Notes under the pieces: generated by a model
Seen by the model: only the letters and a program-made list of their open reading frames with translations
What the model was told of the DNA's origin: nothing
Databases searched by the model: none
In this document: piece by piece, positions 60,477 through 64,000 of the stretch
How positions within the stretch are numbered: position 1 is the first letter of the stretch
Layout: the number at the start of each line of letters is the position of its first letter
Origin: an uncultured delta proteobacterium
GTDB lineage: Bacteria; Myxococcota; Myxococcia; Myxococcales; Myxococcaceae
Assembly: GCA_963776345.1 (NCBI GenBank)
Contig: CAVZMH010000003.1
Span: forward strand, 1 to 64,000
Length of the DNA: 64,000 nt
Direction of reading: 5' to 3'
Made by a program: the position numbers and the translations under genes

Positions 60477-62249
60477 TTGACCGTGACGAAGCTCTCTCTC
60501 CTCGCGGTGGACCCCGACCTCGCGTCGGCCCGCGCGCTTTCCGAGGCCTTCAACCGCGCCGACTTCGCCTTCCGGGCGGTCCCCGACGTCGGGCGCGCGC
60601 TGGCCGTGCTCCGCTCGAGCCAAGTCGACGTGGTGCTGGCGGTGGGGAATCTGAGCACACCGCTGGTGTCCCAGCTCCTCGGGGCGCTGGCCCACGACGC
60701 GACGCTGTCGCGCCTCCCGGTGGTGCTGCTCGGGGAGGAGGCCGGGGACGCCCCCCTGGTGACGGAGATGCGGACCGGGGTGGTGGAGATGCTGCTCCGG
60801 CCTTTCCAGCCCTTCGAGCATCCGGACCGGGTCCGTCAGGTCGTGGCCGAGCTGCCCGAGCGCACCGGCCGGGTGGTCGGCTTCGAGGCGCTGCGCATGG
60901 TGGAGCACATCCAGCGCACCTTCCGCTCGGGCGCCCTGAAGCTGAACCCGGGCACGCCCGGCGAGAGCCAGGCCCTCTTCACCCACGGCGTGCTCCGCGG
61001 GGCGAGGCACCGGGAGGCCCGCGGCGAGGTCGCCCTGGCGGCCATGCTGGCCCTGCCCCGTGCCCCGTGGGCCTTCCTCGAGCTCAGCGGCCAGGGAGGC
61101 GAGGGCACCGGCGTCGCCATTCACCTGGACAAGACGGCCCCGGAGCCTCCGCAGCCCATGGAGGAGAGCGGGTACGACATCCTCCCCGAGGTTGGCCCGG
61201 AGGTGCTCCTCGCCGAGGGCAGCGCGCCCCTCGACGTGGACGGCGAGCAGCTGGTCATCGAGGGGGTCACCCCGACGCCGGCGCCCCCGCATGTCCCCAT
61301 CCTCCTGGTGGACGACGACGAGGAGCTGTGCCGGATGTTCGGCGCGCTGTTCCGGCGGAAGGGCTTCGACGTGACGGTGGCCCAGGACGGGCTCGCCGGG
61401 TACGAGGCGGCGGTCTCGGGCGACTTCGAGCTGCTCATCGCCGACCTCAACATGCCGAAGATGGACGGCTGGGGGCTCCTGCGCCTCATCCGGGACGACT
61501 ACCGGACGCGCGAGCTGCCCTTCGCGATGCTCAGCTGCCAGGACCACTACCGCGAGTCGCTCAAGGCGCTCGACGCCGGGGCGCAGGCCTATTTCCCGAA
61601 GACGCTTCGGCTCGAGGCGCTGGTCAGCCAGGTCCAGTCGGTGCTCCAGCCCCGGCAGCAGGCCAGGGCGCAGATTCCCCAGGGGACGCTCAGGAGCATC
61701 CCGGTGGGGCAGCTCGGGGTGCAGTGGGTGCTCCGGGAGCTGGCCGCGGCGGGCGTCACCGGCACCCTCCGGGCCCGGGACAGCTGGGCGACGTACGAGG
61801 TCGCCTTCCGCGAGGGACGGGCCATCCACGCCTCGGCGCAGACCGGCTCCCACCAGGCGCTCGGGGAGCGGGCGCTCAACGCCTTCGTCGCCAGCCGCTG
61901 TACCGACGCGACCTGGAACCCGACCGAGCCGGGTCCGCGGCAGACGCTGATGCTGCCCGTCCCGGAGCTCCTGGTCCGGGCCACCCAGCTGCTCAACGAC
62001 AACGCCCGGCGGCTCCGCGACGGCCTGATGGTCAACCCCATCGAGATCCACGTGAACCCCGAGCTGTACGAGGTCTACGTCCGGAACGGGCCGCAGCAGT
62101 GGCTGCCCGCGGCGAAGCTCCTCTGCGAGCAGGGGCTCCCCCCGCGCGAGGTCCTGGCGCGTCTGGACGATTCTCCGGTCGAGCTGGAGGAGGTTCTCCG
62201 CGACCTCATCCGCCGGGGCGTGGTCTCGCTGAGCGCGCCGCCGGCGTGA
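60477..62249 (+). CDS. Response regulator: pseudo-receiver, receiver and two DUF4388/PATAN-like domains
   Basis: Degenerate first REC; canonical LVDDD...ADLNMPKMDG; RSGALKL...F..G and TGTLRA...F.EG segments. Confidence 0.8.
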   Translation: MTVTKLSLLAVDPDLASARALSEAFNRADFAFRAVPDVGRALAVLRSSQVDVVLAVGNLSTPLVSQLLGALAHDATLSRLPVVLLGEEAGDAPLVTEMRTGVVEMLLRPFQPFEHPDRVRQVVAELPERTGRVVGFEALRMVEHIQRTFRSGALKLNPGTPGESQALFTHGVLRGARHREARGEVALAAMLALPRAPWAFLELSGQGGEGTGVAIHLDKTAPEPPQPMEESGYDILPEVGPEVLLAEGSAPLDVDGEQLVIEGVTPTPAPPHVPILLVDDDEELCRMFGALFRRKGFDVTVAQDGLAGYEAAVSGDFELLIADLNMPKMDGWGLLRLIRDDYRTRELPFAMLSCQDHYRESLKALDAGAQAYFPKTLRLEALVSQVQSVLQPRQQARAQIPQGTLRSIPVGQLGVQWVLRELAAAGVTGTLRARDSWATYEVAFREGRAIHASAQTGSHQALGERALNAFVASRCTDATWNPTEPGPRQTLMLPVPELLVRATQLLNDNARRLRDGLMVNPIEIHVNPELYEVYVRNGPQQWLPAAKLLCEQGLPPREVLARLDDSPVELEEVLRDLIRRGVVSLSAPPA

Positions 62250-62255
62250 GGCGGA

Positions 62256-62501
62256 TCAGAGCGGCGGCCTGGCCGCGGAGGCGTCGTACTTCCCGGACAG
62301 GGTCTCGCGGACGTCGCGATCGAACTTCACCCGGCCGGTGGCCACCTCGCGAAGGGACAGCACCGGCGGCTTGTTCTTCGAGGTCTCGATGAGTGGCCGG
62401 GCCCCGGCCATCAGCTGACGGGCTCGCTTCGCGGCGAGCAGCACCAGGGCGAAGCGGTTGTCGACGAGGGGGAGGCAGTCTTCGACTGTGACGCGGGCCA
62501 T
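62256..62501 (-). CDS. rpoZ: RNA polymerase omega subunit
   Basis: [10 protein letters not shown]...[16 protein letters not shown]...LREV. Confidence 0.97.
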   Translation of the reverse strand: MARVTVEDCLPLVDNRFALVLLAAKRARQLMAGARPLIETSKNKPPVLSLREVATGRVKFDRDVRETLSGKYDASAARPPL

Positions 62502-62795
62502 GCTCGGAGATCCTCGAGAAATTCGCCCCCCGGGGGGCCAGGCAAGGTGCAGGACGTAACGGGAGCGCCGGGGGGGTGTCAAGACGGGGGCGAGGCCCGG
62601 CTCCAGCAAGCGGGTCCGGGCCGAGCTGCACGTCGGCCGTGGCGGTGGTGTCGACCGTGCCTGCTCGGCAGGGCTCGCGCGAGGGCAGGACGCCCGCTGG
62701 CTTTTCCACCGGTCAGGGCCCGTTCCTCGTTCTGGTCGAGGTCCGAGCCCGGGTTGTCCCGGCGCCCCACCCGGGAGGATGCTCCCCACAGAGCA

Positions 62796-64000
62796 ATGGA
62801 CTTCTTCCAGGAACCGCCGCGTCTCGGGAACCAGTACGACGGCGACCTCCTGCTCCGGAGCTGGCTGGAGCGCACGCTGCCCGAGCCGGTGCGACGCGCC
62901 GTCGCGCCCGAGCTGCGCGAGATGGGCGAGCTGGCCGCGACCACCCTCCTCGCCCTGTCGACGCAGGGGCGCCGGGACGAGCCGCAGCTCGTGCCCCACG
63001 ATCCGTGGGGACGCCGCATCGACGAGATCCGCGTCCCGGAGGCCTGGCGCGCCTTCGCCCGGGTCGCGGCCGAGTGGGGTCTGGTGGCCATCCCTCACGA
63101 GCGCGCGCACGGGGCCTTCTCGCGCATCCACCAGGCGGCGCTGATCCATCTCTTCGCGCCCTCGACCTCCATCTACTCCTGCCCCCTGGCGATGACCGAC
63201 GGCGCGGCGACGACCTTGCTCGCCCACGGAAACACGGCGCTGGTCGAGCGGGCGGTGCCGCGGCTGACCAGCCGGGACCCGGCGCGCGCCTGGACCAGCG
63301 GGCAGTGGATGACCGAGCGCACCGGCGGCTCCGACGTGGGCCAGAGCCTGACGCGGGCGGTGCGCGACGGCGCGTCGTGGCGGCTTCACGGGAGCAAGTG
63401 GTTCACCTCGGCGACCACCAGCGAGATGTCGCTCACCCTGGCCCGGCCGGAGGGGAACCCGGGCGGCGGGAAGGGGCTGGCCCTCTTCTACCTAGAGCTG
63501 CGCGGGCCGGACGGCGCGCCCAACGGGGTGAAAGTGCTGCGGCTCAAGGAGAAGCTCGGGACGCGGATGCTCCCCACGGCCGAGGTGGATCTCGAGGGGA
63601 CGATCGCCACGCCGGTGATCGGCCTCTCGGATGGCGTCCGGGCCATCGCCCCGATGCTGCAGATCACCCGGACGTGGAACGCGCTCTGCGCGGTGTGCTC
63701 GATGCGGCGAGGCATCGCCCTGGCGCGCGACTGGGCCGGGCGGCGCTCGGCCTTCGGCGCGCGGCTCGCGGACAAGCCGCTTCACGTCCAGACGCTGGCC
63801 GAGCTCGAGGCGGAGTACCAGGCGGCGTTCCTGCTCACCTTCCGGGTGGTGGAGCTGCTCGGCCGGGTCGAGGCGCAGGAGGCGACGGAGGCGGAGCGGC
63901 GCCTGGTGCGGGCGCTGCAGCCGGTGGCGAAGCTGGTCACCGGCAAGCAGGCGGTGGCCCACGCCAGCGAGGTCCTCGAGGCCTTCGGCGGTGCGGGCTA
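62796..64000 (+). CDS. Acyl-CoA dehydrogenase (AidB-like), runs off window end
   Basis: [56 protein letters not shown]. Confidence 0.9.
   Translation, partial: MDFFQEPPRLGNQYDGDLLLRSWLERTLPEPVRRAVAPELREMGELAATTLLALSTQGRRDEPQLVPHDPWGRRIDEIRVPEAWRAFARVAAEWGLVAIPHERAHGAFSRIHQAALIHLFAPSTSIYSCPLAMTDGAATTLLAHGNTALVERAVPRLTSRDPARAWTSGQWMTERTGGSDVGQSLTRAVRDGASWRLHGSKWFTSATTSEMSLTLARPEGNPGGGKGLALFYLELRGPDGAPNGVKVLRLKEKLGTRMLPTAEVDLEGTIATPVIGLSDGVRAIAPMLQITRTWNALCAVCSMRRGIALARDWAGRRSAFGARLADKPLHVQTLAELEAEYQAAFLLTFRVVELLGRVEAQEATEAERRLVRALQPVAKLVTGKQAVAHASEVLEAFGGAG

Overview
The window is a mosaic of three segments. (1) 1-~4950: high-GC, indel-rich sequence with a TetR-type regulator end, a non-pyrrolysine MttB-family methyltransferase and two divergent dimethylamine methyltransferase (MtbB) homologues. 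One has an in-frame TAG exactly at the pyrrolysine position; the other has TCG (Ser) there. (2) ~4950-6600: an indel-rich, visibly lower-GC piece (Dph6-like ATPase, DUF1905, RibD/DHFR-like) that starts with a degraded nanopore-adapter-like motif. Segments 1 and 2 are probably foreign reads joined chimerically. (3) ~6600-64000: a cleaner Myxococcota-like chromosome. It opens with a decayed tandem island at tRNA-Gly(CCC): two att repeats, an integrase remnant reading through att into an excisionase-type HTH, serine recombinase and IS91-like remnants, and a nucleotidyltransferase. Next come two repeat-rich surface lipoproteins, an Ig-like/beta-barrel protein, two paralogous coiled-coil/HTH/AT-hook proteins, a sigma54-linked ABC export plus two-component cluster and tandem MYXO-CTERM metalloproteases. 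Core genes follow: prfA-prmC-murA, smc, grxC, groES-groEL with three CIRCE-like boxes, rpoZ and an acyl-CoA dehydrogenase. All family calls come from motif recognition by eye; no database searches were run.
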